In this document: positions 1-13,278 of the stretch, in pieces
How positions within the stretch are numbered: the first letter of the stretch is position 1
Layout of the letters: each line of letters starts with the position of its first letter
Assembly (NCBI RefSeq): GCF_021028975.2
Contig: NC_059426.1
Location: forward strand, 78,678,001 to 78,742,000
Direction of reading: 5' to 3'
DNA: 64,000 bases
Source of the DNA: Sphaerodactylus townsendi
Taxonomy: Eukaryota
Notes under the pieces: model-generated
Told to the model about the DNA's origin: nothing
The model's input: the letters and a program-made list of their open reading frames with translations, nothing else
Database searches by the model: none
Translations under genes and position numbers: made by a program

Positions 1-1584
1 AAACTGCATAGTAGGATTGAAGCTAAACTGACAAACTGCATAGTAGGATTGAAGTGCGTTCTGTTTCTTGCACAAGGTTCCACTTGTGGCTGTGTTGATG
101 TCAGTTAGAATGTCATAAGACCCAGTTCTCCAAATCAAGCACATTTTTATGCTTCATTCAAATGATGCTAAATGCTTTATTCACGTGATGCCATTGAAAC
201 ATTAACCAGGTGTGGGAGGTGTTTAAGCCCTCTCAAAGCCCTATAGCTCTGGATTCTTATGGCAACCTCATCCAGTGTGCAAGGGGCCTTGAAGGCAAAT
301 TTATAATGAATCTGGAGAAAAGATATATTGATTTTAAGCACCCAGCAGATGTTTAGGTAATTCACTTTTTTCAGATTAATTAAAAATGGGAAAGGTAATG
401 CCTGCCAGCATACCAGCCAAAGTCCACATGCACAACACTTCACCTCGAATGCACATACTTTGCAGTGCAAATAAATAAACTAAGATTTGCTACACAAATA
501 AATAAACTAAGATTTGCTACACACTTCATGTGACAGTTGTATTTGTCATGGATGTGCCAATGTTTTATGTTGTTAACCTGTTAAGTATACAAGATAAGTA
601 TAAATTTCCATACTGTGATTAGCCACGTGTGTCCATGGTTTTTTCAGAAGCGCACGTCTCCCTTTCGTACATCCTTTCTAATGCTTGTGTAGTCATAGCA
701 AAATACAACAATGTGAGTGGTTAATTTTAAAAAATCACTTTATTTTAAAAGCCGCCTATAATGTTTGGAAGTGTTTTGCGTGTCAGGACTGCAGGCAGAT
801 ACAGCCGCTAATGTGTTTGGTGTACATGACACCTGCTCATGTCTGAAAGTTTGGTAATGAAACTGAGCCTCTAGATAGCTGAGTTTATTGTTTTTTCATG
901 GACAAATGGGTCAGAATAATCAGCAAGGTAGGAGAGAGTGTACATTTTCTAATGGAGGTAAGCTATCCCTTGCTACTTCCGTGCCAGCAAGCTTTTTCTT
1001 TCTTTTATCCTCTATCCACTGCACTTGCCCCTGTGCTTAGAACATCTGCTAATAGCAGTATAGCCTTTATTTTGGGTCATTCCAAGATTTTTTTTTTCTG
1101 ATAGGCCCAGACAAAGTGTTGAAATTGTTGCTCCACAGGGGACTTTCTAAGGCATCTGAAGGTGAGCTATTAGGAGAAACTCAGTGTCTTAACAGCTTTC
1201 TATCCCTCTTGCAGTGTCTCTCCTGTTCAATAGTCAATGCAATACAAATGGATTTCTCAAAAGGTTTTTTCCCTCCCAATGTTCTCTTGCTCCAGGCAGT
1301 GACTCTTCACTTTCATTGAGCATTAGGATCTTAAGGGTCATTAATTAGAAGCAGATTCTTTATGGCAAAGTTGTAGCCTTAATATTACTTCAAAGAGTAC
1401 CTATTGAGTGAAGGAGAATGGCTGACTTCTCTCTTCATGTAGCCTTTACTCTAATGATGATCATTAAGAGAGGAGCTCTTCTGAGTCAGCCTGTGATTCT
1501 TCTCTCTACATGGTGTGTGATCCAAGACAGGGAACCTTCAACAAGAACCAAGAAGGACTAGGCTTCATCTGTTATATTCTAGGA

Positions 1585-1745
1585 CAGGGGTAGGTAATTC
1601 CTGCAGTGCTCTTCCGGACAGCCTCCAGGAACTACCACTTCCTCATCAGCTCTCTGTGTCAGCATAGCCAATTGGCCATGCTGACAGAGGCTGATGGGAA
1701 TTGTAGTTCCTGAACATCTGGAGAGCCGCAGGTTCCCTACCCCTG
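1585..1745. mobile_element. Palindromic non-autonomous hAT (Buster/Charlie-type) MITE
   Basis: TIRs CAGGGGTAGG.../...CCTACCCCTG, a nearly fully palindromic body centred on GCCAATTGGC, and a perfect 8-bp TSD ttctagga (1577-1584, 1746-1753). Confidence 0.9.
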
Positions 1746-1872
1746 TTCTAGGACTTCTGGTGCAGTGAGTCAGTTGCTTTGCCATCTGCTTTCCACTCCA
1801 GAGGGCCACAGACTTCTGGCATAGTGGTGACATCTCAGCACAAGTCCTGCAAGCGTGTGAGATAAAGCCTAG

Positions 1873-2516
1873 TAGAGGTGAAGGGACATCCTTGGACCAT
1901 GCCAAGCCATCTCCAGAGGCATACCAGCCAAAAATGGATCCTGATGCAAGACCTTATTTTGCGCCCTCACCGTGCTCTTGCCTGGCCCCATTTATGGCCC
2001 CCCAGAAGCCACCCTTCCACCTCTATTGGAATCCATGCCTGCCTTGCTCAAGCAGGTGCAGCCACCAATGGAGGTGGGAGGGCGGCAGCAGCTGGCGTCG
2101 GGTCAGGAGCCTGCCATGGGTCCACTGGGCTGCTGCTGGCACCCCACCTCTATTAAAGGCTGCGCCTGCTCAAGCAAGGCAGCCACAGCCTCCAATAGAG
2201 GTGGGGGCCCTGGTGCTGTCTGCTGCCCGGCCAGCTCCCCCACCTCCATCGGAGGCCACACCTGCTTGAGCGAGGCAGGCTCAGCCTCCAATATATAGGG
2301 TGGGTGATGCCAGCAAGCTGCTGTTACCAGGTCGGGCTCCCCTCACTTCCATTGGAGGCCACGCTCGCCTGCTGCAGGCAGGTATGGCCTTCAATAGAGG
2401 GGGGGCCCCTGGCAGCTTGATCACATGGGGTGTGATTTTGTGCCCCCCACATGATAAAATGGGTGGTGCCTGGGCACATGTGACCCCCTGGCCATCTCCC
2501 CACCTATTTCTTCAGT
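1873..2516. mobile_element. Degenerate non-autonomous hAT-like element with four internal hairpin repeats
   Basis: GC-rich island flanked by aagcctag/aggcctag (7/8 TSD). Its left end resembles CAGAGGCGTAG, and its right subterminal motif gattttgtgccccccacatgat...cctggg is shared with the element ending at 13278. Confidence 0.6.
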
Positions 2517-3519
2517 AGGCCTAGGATCATGTCAGAAAACTCCTGCCCAGTCGGAACTTTAGGCTCCACCCTAGATTCCTGGAGCAGAACTATGCACAAA
2601 GCCTGACTTTCAAAAATGACAGTCCCATTGCCGCCTTTAAAAAGACTGGAATCTAAGTCAGAAACATAGAGGATCTGAAAAAACAATCTTAGTACTTGAA
2701 GAGAGAGAAAGAGAGATGTGGATGGAAGTCCCATTTTTTCACTAGTTTTTTTGCTGTTGTCGCTGTCCCTTGCATATACCTCTACTCTTGCACTGTCTTG
2801 CAAACTTTTTGTTGTTTCCTCATACCCATAAACAGAGGAACATATATAAAAACAACTACCACACATAAAGAAACAAGGCATCTCAGTGGTTGGTAATAAG
2901 TTTTTAAATTGATTGTGATGTTTGCTAGGAGTGGTAACAGCTTGTTTATTTCTATCCTCCTTGCAAGCAGAGCTAGATCCTGCCCCAGCTAGTGGTTGAA
3001 ACAGATAGTTATAATGGTGTGACACTGCCCAGACTCATACATGCAAATTTATTCCATGTGGGGCTGCTCAGATGCAGTATCATATGAGCTAGATGTTCCA
3101 TGCCAATGTCCTATTTGTGTCTGTTTCTCCAGAAGGTTGGCCCAGAACCAGTGGGATGAAATTAAATCAAAAAAGTTTTCAAGTAAACATCAGGAGGAAC
3201 AGCTAGGTAGTTTCTTAGAGGAACAGACTTACTCAAGATTCCTTCTTTTGAGCTTTTAAAGCAGATGCTATATGGCCCTTTGGCAGCAATGATGATTCTG
3301 TGAATTTAGTCAGATCACGAGAGGGAGGGCAAGGAAGGGTTGTGAAAGGGTTTGGATCTTGTGGCCTTGTCTTACATGCCCATGGAAATGCCAGTCGACA
3401 CTTTGGGGTCAGGAAGCGATTTTCCTCCAGGCCAGTTTTGCCAGGGATCCTTTTTTGCCATCTTCTGGTCATGCAGCAGCAGTCAGTGTGGCTGGGGGGT
3501 GGGGAGGAGGTAGTTGTGA

Positions 3520-3603
3520 ATGTCATTCCTTGTTCAGGGGGTTGGACTAGATGACGCTGGAGGTACTTTCCAACTGTATGATTTTATGATTCTATGATTC
3601 TGA
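3520..3603 (+). mobile_element. CR1 LINE 3' end fragment
   Basis: gggggttggactagatgac...ttccaac followed by a (tatgattc)n-like tail, the typical CR1 3' terminus. Confidence 0.8.
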
Positions 3604-3797
3604 TGGAGAAAACATGGGAAGGTATCTTCAACATGAATATATATCAGTGTAAATCAGGCAGAAATACTGATCTCATACATTACTTCCTTAATGTGGTAAT
3701 GAGTTATTTGCATAGATGAATAGCATTGACTTACCTGACTTTCTGCTGCTCTTCCTTACTCTTTTCCACCAAAAGATCTAAGTGGAATTGTAATTTC

Positions 3798-3964
3798 ATC
3801 CACCACATGCTGGACCATCTTTGTTGTAGAATGCTCCTTTTGGATCCTAGTCCCTGCCTACAGTAGGCACTGGGACCCAAAAAGAGCATTCTAAAACAGG
3901 CATTTTAAACAAAGAATTCTAAAAAGAGCATTCTAAAACAAAGACAGTCCAGTATGTGGTGGAT
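3798..3964. mobile_element. Palindromic MITE-like element
   Basis: Arms atccaccacatgctggac...agaatgctc and gagcattct...gtccagtatgtggtggat are reverse complements, with a local internal duplication in the right arm. Confidence 0.65.
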
Positions 3965-4502
3965 TAAGTTACAATTTTACTTACAGATCTTTGGGTGGAA
4001 AAGAGTATAGGGGGAGGGCGGTATATAAGTTTAACCAATAAATAAATAGAAGGATGGCTAATTGCAGCATCCAGAAAGTTAGAGCAAACACAATTTAGTT
4101 TCAATGTACAGATGCTGTGAAAAATAGTAACTGATGATTCAGGGCTAAGTAAACATCTTAACAATAACATTAATCCTAACTGCTGTTAGTATTGTGAGAT
4201 TAGAAATAAGTGTACGAGTTTATAAAGACATACTTATCTAATAATGATTTAATCAAAAAGGAGTGAAGAATTCCTGAATGGATTTAATAATTTTTTCTCT
4301 TGAAATGCTGCTTTAATTCAACAATGCTACTTTGTATTAGACCTCACACCAGCATTTATCCAACTGAAGTTTGAAGGTCCTTGACAGTGTCCAGAGATCC
4401 TTTAAAAAGACAGAGGATTAGTTCCTCTCATGTCTAAAACAAAAACAATGCCTCTTTATTTTTAGCTTCTTCAACTCTTGGGAGGTAGAGAATAGATTTC
4501 AC

Positions 4503-4600
4503 TTGGGGTGTTGTGTGGTTTCCGGGCTGTATGGTTGTGTTCTAGTAGCATTTTCTCCTGATGTTTTGCCTGCATCTGTGGCTGGCATCTTCAGAGGATG
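4503..4600 (-). mobile_element. Penelope-like element terminal fragment with decayed hammerhead motif
   Basis: Near copy of 43163-43258; CpG decay has changed the GAAACGTC core to AAAACATC. Flanked by a duplicated agatttcac (4494-4502, 4614-4622). Confidence 0.75.
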
Positions 4601-7600
4601 CCTTCAACAATACAGATTTCACCTACTTTCTGAGGTTTTTGACCTTGTAGAATTAATCAGCACTCACCACTATCTAGCTTCCAAATCACTTTAAAAGCAC
4701 AAGCCGGAAAATGTGCTTATTAGTTGTTGAGATCCAGTAGCTCAGGAACTCTGGCTTAGGGGTACCAAGGATGTGTGGTTCTAATTCAGCCCATCGTTAC
4801 TTCAGGTCTAAAACTGAAATGGCTTTCACTCTGTTTTCCAATCCAAAGCATTTCACAAGAGTTAGAGAGAGTCTACTCTGCATCTATAAACAATAATAGC
4901 CAGCTGCAACTTTCAGCAGAATACCGGAAGATTAGTTTTTGTCTGACTCTGATTTTATAAGTTTTCCAGGTCCCTTAACAGCTGAGTTCAACTGGCCAGC
5001 TAGAAATTGTTAGCCAGCAAAGAAGATTCTTGCTCGCTCTGATGCATAGTCCCATCCAACCGAGGGTGAGACTGATTAGAACTTGGGTCAAGGTATTTTT
5101 GAGTTGTAACCTCATATTGTCACCCACCCACTGAGCCCTGATCCTTTAGAACATGTACAGGTATACAAACCTCTTCCTTAGATTTGTTACAAAAGTGTGG
5201 CTGATGTGGTTCCCACTGTGTTCTTATAACAGAAGCTTCTATGGGGGCTTGGCATACACTTGGAAAGGGGATATACAGTGCAAGGCATACTTCAGTGGTG
5301 GAGCAGGGGATGTAATCAGCATCAGCAATTTTGTAAAAATCAAAATGGTTTGCTAAAGATTGAGAAGTTTTAATAACCTGCAGAAATTCAGCTCTCCTTC
5401 TTCATTTCCCTCCCCAAGACAGCAAAGGAAGTATGTATGTAAAATTGGCAAACATAAAATTGCAGTAAAGCACAACTGCATTATGAATTTATAACATGAG
5501 GAGATAAAGTAATAAAAAGCTATAAATTTAGTATCAGTCAGTCTCCTTTATCAATCTGTGTAAGCAGTCTGTGCACCAGGCAATGAAAGAGGACGATTAA
5601 AATGTCATAACATCCATGGGCAGTTTGCTGAGGCTTCCTGTCAGAAGTACGGATAGTGCAACATAGAAAATGTTTCATATTAGACTAAAAACATACACTT
5701 GCCAGGTTCTGATCCAAATTTTTGAGTCTCTGGGAAGATCCTGTGGATGGGCCTTATGCAAAATGTGAGCACATTGTGGAGTCCCCTGTGATAATATTGA
5801 TGCAGACATAATCTGTATGTTTCCTGTATTTCACTTCGCTGAATAAACAGACTTATTACCTCAATAAGCCTGTTGTGGCTTATTGTTAGATTCCTTGAAC
5901 CAAGTAGAAAGGCAAGATATAAGTGTTCAAATAAATAAAATACCAGGAAATATTCTTCTATTCTAGGTATGTTGATGAAAAGGCAAATAGTTTCATGAGG
6001 ATGCTACAATGCAAAGAAGGGATTGCTTAGTTGGTATGTGATACTGTTAGTGTATTGCTAACTTATATCAGGAGTATTAAAAACACTGGACACAACCCTT
6101 GAGATAATAGTGAGTGTACACTTCAAAAACTCAGTTGTGTTTCACTGTTCTATTTTTATAATTACAAAGAGAAACAGTGTAGCATATAGAGTGTTGAAAC
6201 TGTCCAAGGGGATGAGGGTTCAAATTTCCACTCCAGCCTGAATCTTACTGGGTAGCGTTCAGCATGTCCCTTACCTCTGTCATGGGGAAATGACAAATTA
6301 TTCATTTGCACTATATTATGCAACTATCTTATTTAAGATCTCACACTTCCTCAAAGGTGCACAGGACAGTATGCATGGAGTGCTCCCACTTTCCCCTCGA
6401 ATCCATTCAACATGAGATGGGAAAATCAACATCTCAATCCTTGCACACTGTCCTGTCCATCCTTGAGAAAGAATGAGATGCAAACATTATATGATTAAAT
6501 AACAATGATATTTGCTCACATAATGTAAGTGGATAATTTGCCATTTCCCTTTGGCTCAAACTAAAAAAAACCCCACAGGTTCACAGTTATTTTACTTTCT
6601 AATGAATTTCAAAGCCATCTTTGCTTTGTGAAATGTCACTGCTTGTTAATACAGTGTGATTATTGCTCATAAGGCTGCTGTTGATCAAGTCAATCAATGC
6701 TTCCTGCTGCAGGGGCACGTCTTGCCAAGGGTTAGGAAAGTTGCACAGTATTTGAAGAACATGTTTAAAAGCTGTTTGCCCATAAAGAGCAAGCTTGTCC
6801 TTCTGCAGCACCTTGTTATAAAAGGCATGAAAGTGTTTTCAGTCAGAATCTTTATTTTATGGATTTCATTAACATTATTCATGCTTGGAAGCACTTAAGT
6901 ATTACATGTTTTGACACGTTAAGTATCTACAATAACAATATAAATGTGTATGTTTACAGTGGAATGTGTGCCATGTCATGCTTAAGACACTGGTTAGAAA
7001 AACATAATCCTTTTGCCTTCACAGGGACTTTGGATCATGCTTATAACTGGGAAGAGAAATATATCATATATAATACGATAGAGAGATCCATACATAATAT
7101 ATATCCATATATAATAATTTTCTGTGTCTTCATTAATAGCTTCAGTCCCTTACTGTGGTGCAGAGGTAAAAAAATGGCAGTTTAGTATTGTGATCTTCTG
7201 ATTTGTTTTCTGTGGAGCTCCTGTATGTGGAACTCAGTCCTGATGACATGTTGTTCACTTCAGCTAATGAATGATTAGACAAGCACATGGATGTCATTTA
7301 AGGACAAGTTAACAGAGATCAGCCATCATTTGAGTAAATCTTCATGCCACCTGATAGAAGCTACTGGGTTATGTCAACTCTAGGGAAGAAAGTGGGGTGA
7401 ATGGTTTGTGTGTCTGTGTGCAGGTTTGTTTCTGCAGGCTTCTGAAGGTATTTAAAACTTCAAGATGGGTCTGTTATCTTGGAATGCATATTGTGCTGAT
7501 GTACTTAAATTGCAAGGACTGGGTTCATATTAAAAAGAGAGAGACACTTCGTGCATTAATGGTGATGTGGTAGACAAACCAAGTCGATTTGTAACCTTCT

Positions 7601-7699
7601 TTTCCCCTTAGAAATTTAAGCAGCATAGAATAAGGTAAAGATGATCTAGTAGGACTCCAGGGAAGGCTCTCAGATAATCAGGAGTTTCCTATCATTTCT

Positions 7700-7788
7700 T
7701 ACCAGCATGGCCAATTGGCCATGCTGACAGAGGCTGATGGGAATTGTAGTTCCTGAACATCTGGAGAGCCGCAGGTTCCCTACCCCTG
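7700..7788. mobile_element. Half copy of the palindromic hAT MITE
   Basis: Essentially identical to the right arm of 38236-38391; ends ...ccctacccctg followed by aacTAgtg. Confidence 0.85.
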
Positions 7789-10250
7789 AACTAGTGCGAT
7801 AGGGAAAAAAGTTCTTGGAACCCACCTGCAAGCCATTAAAGCCAAAATTAAGAGCAACAACAGATCTCCTGTCAAAGTCTATAATTCAGCACCAAGGACA
7901 GTGGCACCCAATCCTGCCTTGCAAGCAAGTCTTTTATTTAGATATGTATGGTTTTTATTGGGGATATTTTAAAACCTAGTTAGATTTCCCCCATTGCTAT
8001 GCAATTGGAGATCCTTGTATGCTCACTCCACTCTTAAAAAGTTAACTCAGGCTAACTAAATAAATTGGCCAAGGTCATATGAGGATAGGGCTTATCTCTT
8101 TGATAATCTAGCTGTTTGTATTTCAGAGTGATAGGTTTTTCCCCCTTTTTATGTTACAATTTATTTCAGCATTTTAAAATGCTATTACTGTCAGACTTGT
8201 CTCTGATTTACGCATTATCAGATTTTATAAGCAGTTGAAGAAGCAGATTTGTATGCTAGAAAAATATTTCCTTGTTTTACCAGAACTGCCTTGAAAAACA
8301 TCAAATAACTCTGTGTTTAGGGAATGTGGATCGTTTTAATCATATGTAATTTCTCATTATTTTAAATCTATTCTCTGATACTAATCTCCTTGATACAAAT
8401 CTTCTCCTCCCCTGAGTTGCTCAACCCAGGAAGGCATAATATATTATAACTATAAGGCACTGGCGGGGGGGGGGGTGTGTGATTTAAATTGATGGAATTT
8501 TTATTGTTATATGACCAGAAGTATATTTATATATGTATTTGGACAAGAATGGGTAGAGTATAAATCCAATAAATATATAAATAAATATTTTTCTTCATAG
8601 TCTTTTACATCAGCTCTATGGCATGTATCATTGGGGGCACATCTATGTTACCCTAGTTCTAGGGAGAAGTACATTTACATTCTCACATGTAAGGGCATTT
8701 CCCAGATAAAAGAATGGGACCTGTTGTAAAAAAGGTTAACTGTTATTGAATACAAATGGGTAAATTGAAGGCAAGACAGAAAGGAAATTTAAAAGGCAGT
8801 AGGCAATCAAAATACTAATTAAATACAATAGTGTAAGTATCTGATTTGGTAAGTCCTAATTGAACTATTGGTAGACTTTGATAACAGGTTTCAGCTGTGT
8901 CTTATTTGTAGCTAGTTATAAGAGAATTGTGTAAATGTGTGAATGTTTATGAGAGAAGGAAGGCGAGAAAAGAGGGGGGGAAAGGATGAAAGATAATGCA
9001 AGGAGGAGGCTTGGGGATATGAGTGGAAAAGCTGGAGTCTTGGATAAAGTGTGGGTTGACAAGAGTTAGAGTACCAGGGGATCTGGAGAAGGGCTTTGGG
9101 GGAAAATAAAGGGAAGCTCGGCTCCATGGTAGATGCTGTGTCAGGCAATGTGGAGTAAGAGGGCAGAGGCCATAGTGAGAAAAATAGGGACAGATGAAGA
9201 AAAAGAGAGAAGTTAGATCACAGATGGATTGTCATAGAGAACATGTATCCTTAAGAGTTATCCTATTTCTTTTGCTAATATTTGTTTGAGACAAAGCTAA
9301 CTGTTGGCAAGAGTTGTTCTTAATATTGTGATTAACTAAAACATGACTGAATGTTTGTTTACATATATGTTGGAACTCAGGATCTGAGTTTGTGCCCTTA
9401 TAATTAGCTGAGGGAGGAGACCCAATTGCTTTATTTGATGTCTTAAGAATTGTCTTATCGTTGTCTTTCGAATCCCTTTAAGTCTTCTATAATATTTGTC
9501 CTCTGTTGCCACTAACAATAACCATTGTTTGTATGGCTGGAATCAGGAATGATCTTAACTAGCCAGGTTCCTTTGTTTTTAGCATATTTTTTCTTGGAAA
9601 AGGGTGGCCCACTTAACATTTTATCTGAACCCAAGCACCAAGCATGAAACCGATACATGCTACTTCTTTCCCTGGACTTATGGCATTTGTTCTATGGGCC
9701 TGAAAGCAAGTTGGGATCCCTTTAGCTATCTCTTTTCTATGTTCTGGGACAGCCTGAGGCCCTAGATGACTGTTGGGGTACAGATATAACATCTGTTCTA
9801 CAGATATGTGTTGGTTCCAGTGATCTTACAATGGAAGGCACTGATGTGTATACATCTTCCTCTTCTCCCATTTATCTGCTGCAGTCCTTTCTGACCTGGA
9901 AAAGTTCATTCTGAGGGTCACAGGGCCTGTGTGGGTTAATAATCATGTGGGTTGGAGGGCTACTCTGATGATTTCACTGTCAAAAGAGGTAGTAGTGATT
10001 TCTCTTCCTTCCCTCTCCTTATTGCAGCTCCTCAGCATGGTTATAACTTTCCCAAGGCCAGATAGGGTTTCTGAGGGAAAGGAACAAAGGAAAGATCTAT
10101 GATAATTTGAACATATGAATCACTGAATTCAACTCAAAGTTCCCAAGGCTAGAACTGTAATTTGGCACACAAACTGACCTTCTCTCAAATGGTTAAGTGC
10201 CACAATAAAATTTACATTGCCTAACAAGTGGGCTTCATAGTGACTAGAGT

Positions 10251-13200
10251 CAGAGGCGTAGGAATGGGTCCAGGGAAACGGGAACTCAGACGGCTAGAGC
10301 GAGCGTGGAGGAAGCTCCGTGACAAAGGGACGCGAACAACCTATAGGACGTTTATGAAGGCCTATGAGTTGGCGACACGGAGGGCGAAGAATGCCCATTT
10401 CTCGTCCTCCCTCGCATCTGCTAGCTCCCGCCCAGCACAACTTTTTCGGATTGTTCGATCCCTCACCTCCTTGGTGGAAGGGTCTACAAATTCTCAATTG
10501 GCGATTGGCTGTGAGGCATTCCAGAGCTTTTTCGTAGATAAAGTCGCGTCCCTCCGCCGGGACCTTCCGGCCACATTTGATACAGTAATGGAACTCGAGG
10601 CTCTCTCGCCGTCTTCGGGTCCTAGTTTGGACCGATTTTCCCTACTCTGTGAGTCCGATGTTGACAGGGCCCTAGCTGCTGTTAGACCTACAACCTGTCC
10701 TCTGGATCCGTGCCCCTCCTGGCTGATTAAAGCCTGCCGGGAGGAGTTACGACCCCACCTGTTGAATATAGCTAACTGCTCCCTTGAGCAAGGAGTATTT
10801 CCGGGTGGGTTGAAGGAGGCGGTGGTCCACTCTTTGAAAAGACCATCTTTAGATCCTGAGATCTGGCTCACTACCGCCTCAAGCGAACTTGTCGTTCCTC
10901 GGGAAGGTAATTGAGAGAGTGGTGTTGGAGCAGCTTCAGGGCTTTCTGGAGGACACATCGGCGCTCGATCCCTTCCAGTCCGGCTTCCGTGCTGGGCATG
11001 GGACGGAGACCGTCCTCATCGCCATCACGGATATGCTCCGCATGCAGCTAGACCGAGGCGGATCGGCGCTGCTGGTGTTGCTTGATCTCACAGCAGTGTT
11101 TGATGTGGTCGACCACGACCTTTTGATCCACCGCCTGGCTGCCTCTGGAATATGAGGCACTGTCCTTCAATGGATTGCCTCGTTTCTCCAGGGTCGGGGC
11201 CAGCAGGTATGGTGCGGGGATGAGGCCTCCCACAGAGCCCCACTTAACTGTGGGGTTCCTCAGGGGGCCTTGCTCTCCCCGCTCTTATTTAACATCTACA
11301 TGCGACCCCTTGCTCAGCTGGTGCAGAGTTTTGGGCTGGTCTGTCACCAATACGCGGATGACACCCAGCTCATTCTGTTGATGGAGGGGGGAGCGGCCTC
11401 CGCCCCTGCAGCTCTACAGCACTGTTTGGAGTTGGTTGCTGGTTGGTTGAGACAGAGTAGGTTAAAACTTAATCCAACGAAGACGGAGGTCCTTTGGCTG
11501 GGCCGGGGCGGGGGACCGGGGGAATTTCAGCCGCCTATTTTGGAGGGGGTCGTGTTGACCCCAACATCCCTGGCTCACAGCCTGGGGGTCTGCCTGGACT
11601 CTTCATTATCAATGGAGAGCCAGGTGGCCCATGTTACCCAGGTTGCGTTTTTCCATCTCCGCCAGGCGCGGCGGCTGGCTCCCTATCTCTCCCGGTCCGA
11701 CCTGGCCACTGTGATCCATGCGACGGTCACCTCGAGGCTGGATTACTGCAACTCGCTCTACGCGGGCCTTCCCTTGCGACTGATCCGGAAGCTGAAGCTG
11801 ATCCAAAATGCAGCGGCACGGCTTTTGACAGGTGGTGGTTATTCAGACCATATCACCCCTGTGCTGTGCCGCTTGCACTGGCTCCCGGTGGAGTTCCGGA
11901 TCGTTTTCAAGGTGTTGGTACTAACCTTTAAGGCCTTACGCAGCATGGGGCCCACATACCTGCGGGACCGCATCACCCCTTATGTCCCACATAGGTCGCT
12001 GCGCTCGGCAACGGCAGATCTGCTGGTGACTCCTGGTCCCACGATGATACGGCTGGCCTCGACCCGGGCCAGAGCCTTTACGGCTCTGGCCCCCGCCTGG
12101 TGGAATGCTCTACCTCCAGCTGTCCGGGCCCTGCGGGACCTTGGCGAGTTCCGCAGGGCCTGTAAGACGGAGCTATTCCACCGGGCTTTTGGGGAGGCCG
12201 GCCGTGGACCTACTGCCCCCTACCGGAACTGCAATCGAAACTGAAGCTGCCGTTTCCATCCTATTATGGCTGGACCTGATTTGTTTTATAGATTCCATCG
12301 CAGGCCCTGCCTACTTCCTCCCCTTCTTCTTCCTGGCCTTTGACTGGGCGCCTGTTTTTAAACAACTTTGTTTTATAAGTTGGGTTGTTTAATCTATAGT
12401 TTTATTGTTGTAAACTGCTGCTTAGGTTTTTATTGATTTTAATGTTTTATGCTGTTGGTTTGCTGCTTGATCGAACAGCCATGTTGTGAGCCGCCTTGAG
12501 CCCTTCGGGGATAAGGCGGCCTATAAGTTTAAGAAATAAATAAATAAATAAATAAACACTCCCTGTGCCCCCCGTTCCACTTACCTCAGCCAGCTATGAT
12601 GCCACCATCATTGATGGCCTCATCATTTCACTCAGCTGCAGGAAGAGCAGCGCCCCCTCCACCGCCCGACTCCTACCCTCCACCAGCAAGGCCCAGCAGC
12701 AGGAGGCAGTTGCTGTGGCAGCATCTACGGTCCCTCAGGAGTGGCAAGGCCTTGTGGTGGCAGGCCAGGCACAGCAGGAGTGCGGCAGAAGCCGACCTGT
12801 GGGCAGAGCCGTACAAGAGGTAGGAAGGCAGATCAGGCATCCTGCTGTACCCCATGTCTCCCTCATGGACAGCCCAGAGGAGGCTGACTCCTGCTACTCG
12901 GCTCAGCCCCCTCCATGTCCTCGCCCTATATGCCTGAGCGCTTGTGGAAGCAGACAGGAGGTCACCAGATGGCCTTGGCCAGGCAGCAGGAGTCAGCCTC
13001 CTCTGGGCTGTCCATAAGGGAGATGTGGGAGACAGCTGGAGGTCTAGCACACTGCCTTCCTTCTTCATGCACTGCTCTGTCCACCTGCCAGCTTCCACCA
13101 TGCTCCTGCTGCACCTGGCCCACCTCGCTCCCGACTCATGTGCTGCCCCTCAGGGAAGGAGGCAAGGAGGGAGGGGCCACTGCTGGGCCTCGATTTTCTG

Positions 13201-13278
13201 CCCCCCCCCCCCGCATGATTGAATAGCGACTACCTGGGGCATTTGTCCTCAGATGTCCCCTTGGAAGCTCCGCCTCTG
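10251..13278. mobile_element. Non-autonomous hAT element split by an L2 insertion
   Basis: TIRs cagaggcgtag (10251) and ctccgcctctg (ends 13278); perfect 8-bp TSD actagagt at 10243-10250 and 13279-13286. Confidence 0.85.
10276..12556 (+). mobile_element. 5'-truncated young L2 (CR1/L2 clade) LINE, ORF2 reverse transcriptase plus 3' UTR and (TAAA)n tail
   Basis: ORFs 10228-10914, 10889-11155 and 11270-12244 give PTTCPLDPCPSWL, QSGFRAGHGTET, LLDLTAVFDVVDH, GVPQGALLSPLLFNIY, YADD, LKLNPTKTE, SRLDYCNSL and LHWLPV. There is a frameshifted zone near 10830-10890 and one in-frame TGA at 11153-11155. CpG-rich, with tail aataaataaa... ending ~12556. Confidence 0.95.

Noticed and set aside
2010-2405. 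CRISPR-like repeat-spacer array
   Set aside because: Vertebrate intron, no cas genes; the repeats are ~65 bp, divergent and partly inverted, and lie within a TSD-flanked transposon.
1878-2518. Cluster of overlapping Pro/Ala-rich ORFs (also 12565-13226 and 33739-34352)
   Set aside because: Stop-poor frames caused by GC-rich transposon interiors; no protein family motifs or splice structure.
2504-3025. 173-aa minus-strand ORF
   Set aside because: No recognisable domain or splice context; a length expected by chance in 64 kb.
11270-12244. 324-aa ORF as a host or domesticated gene
   Set aside because: It is the C-terminal part of L2 ORF2, preceded by an in-frame stop and frameshifts, and followed by an L2 tail.
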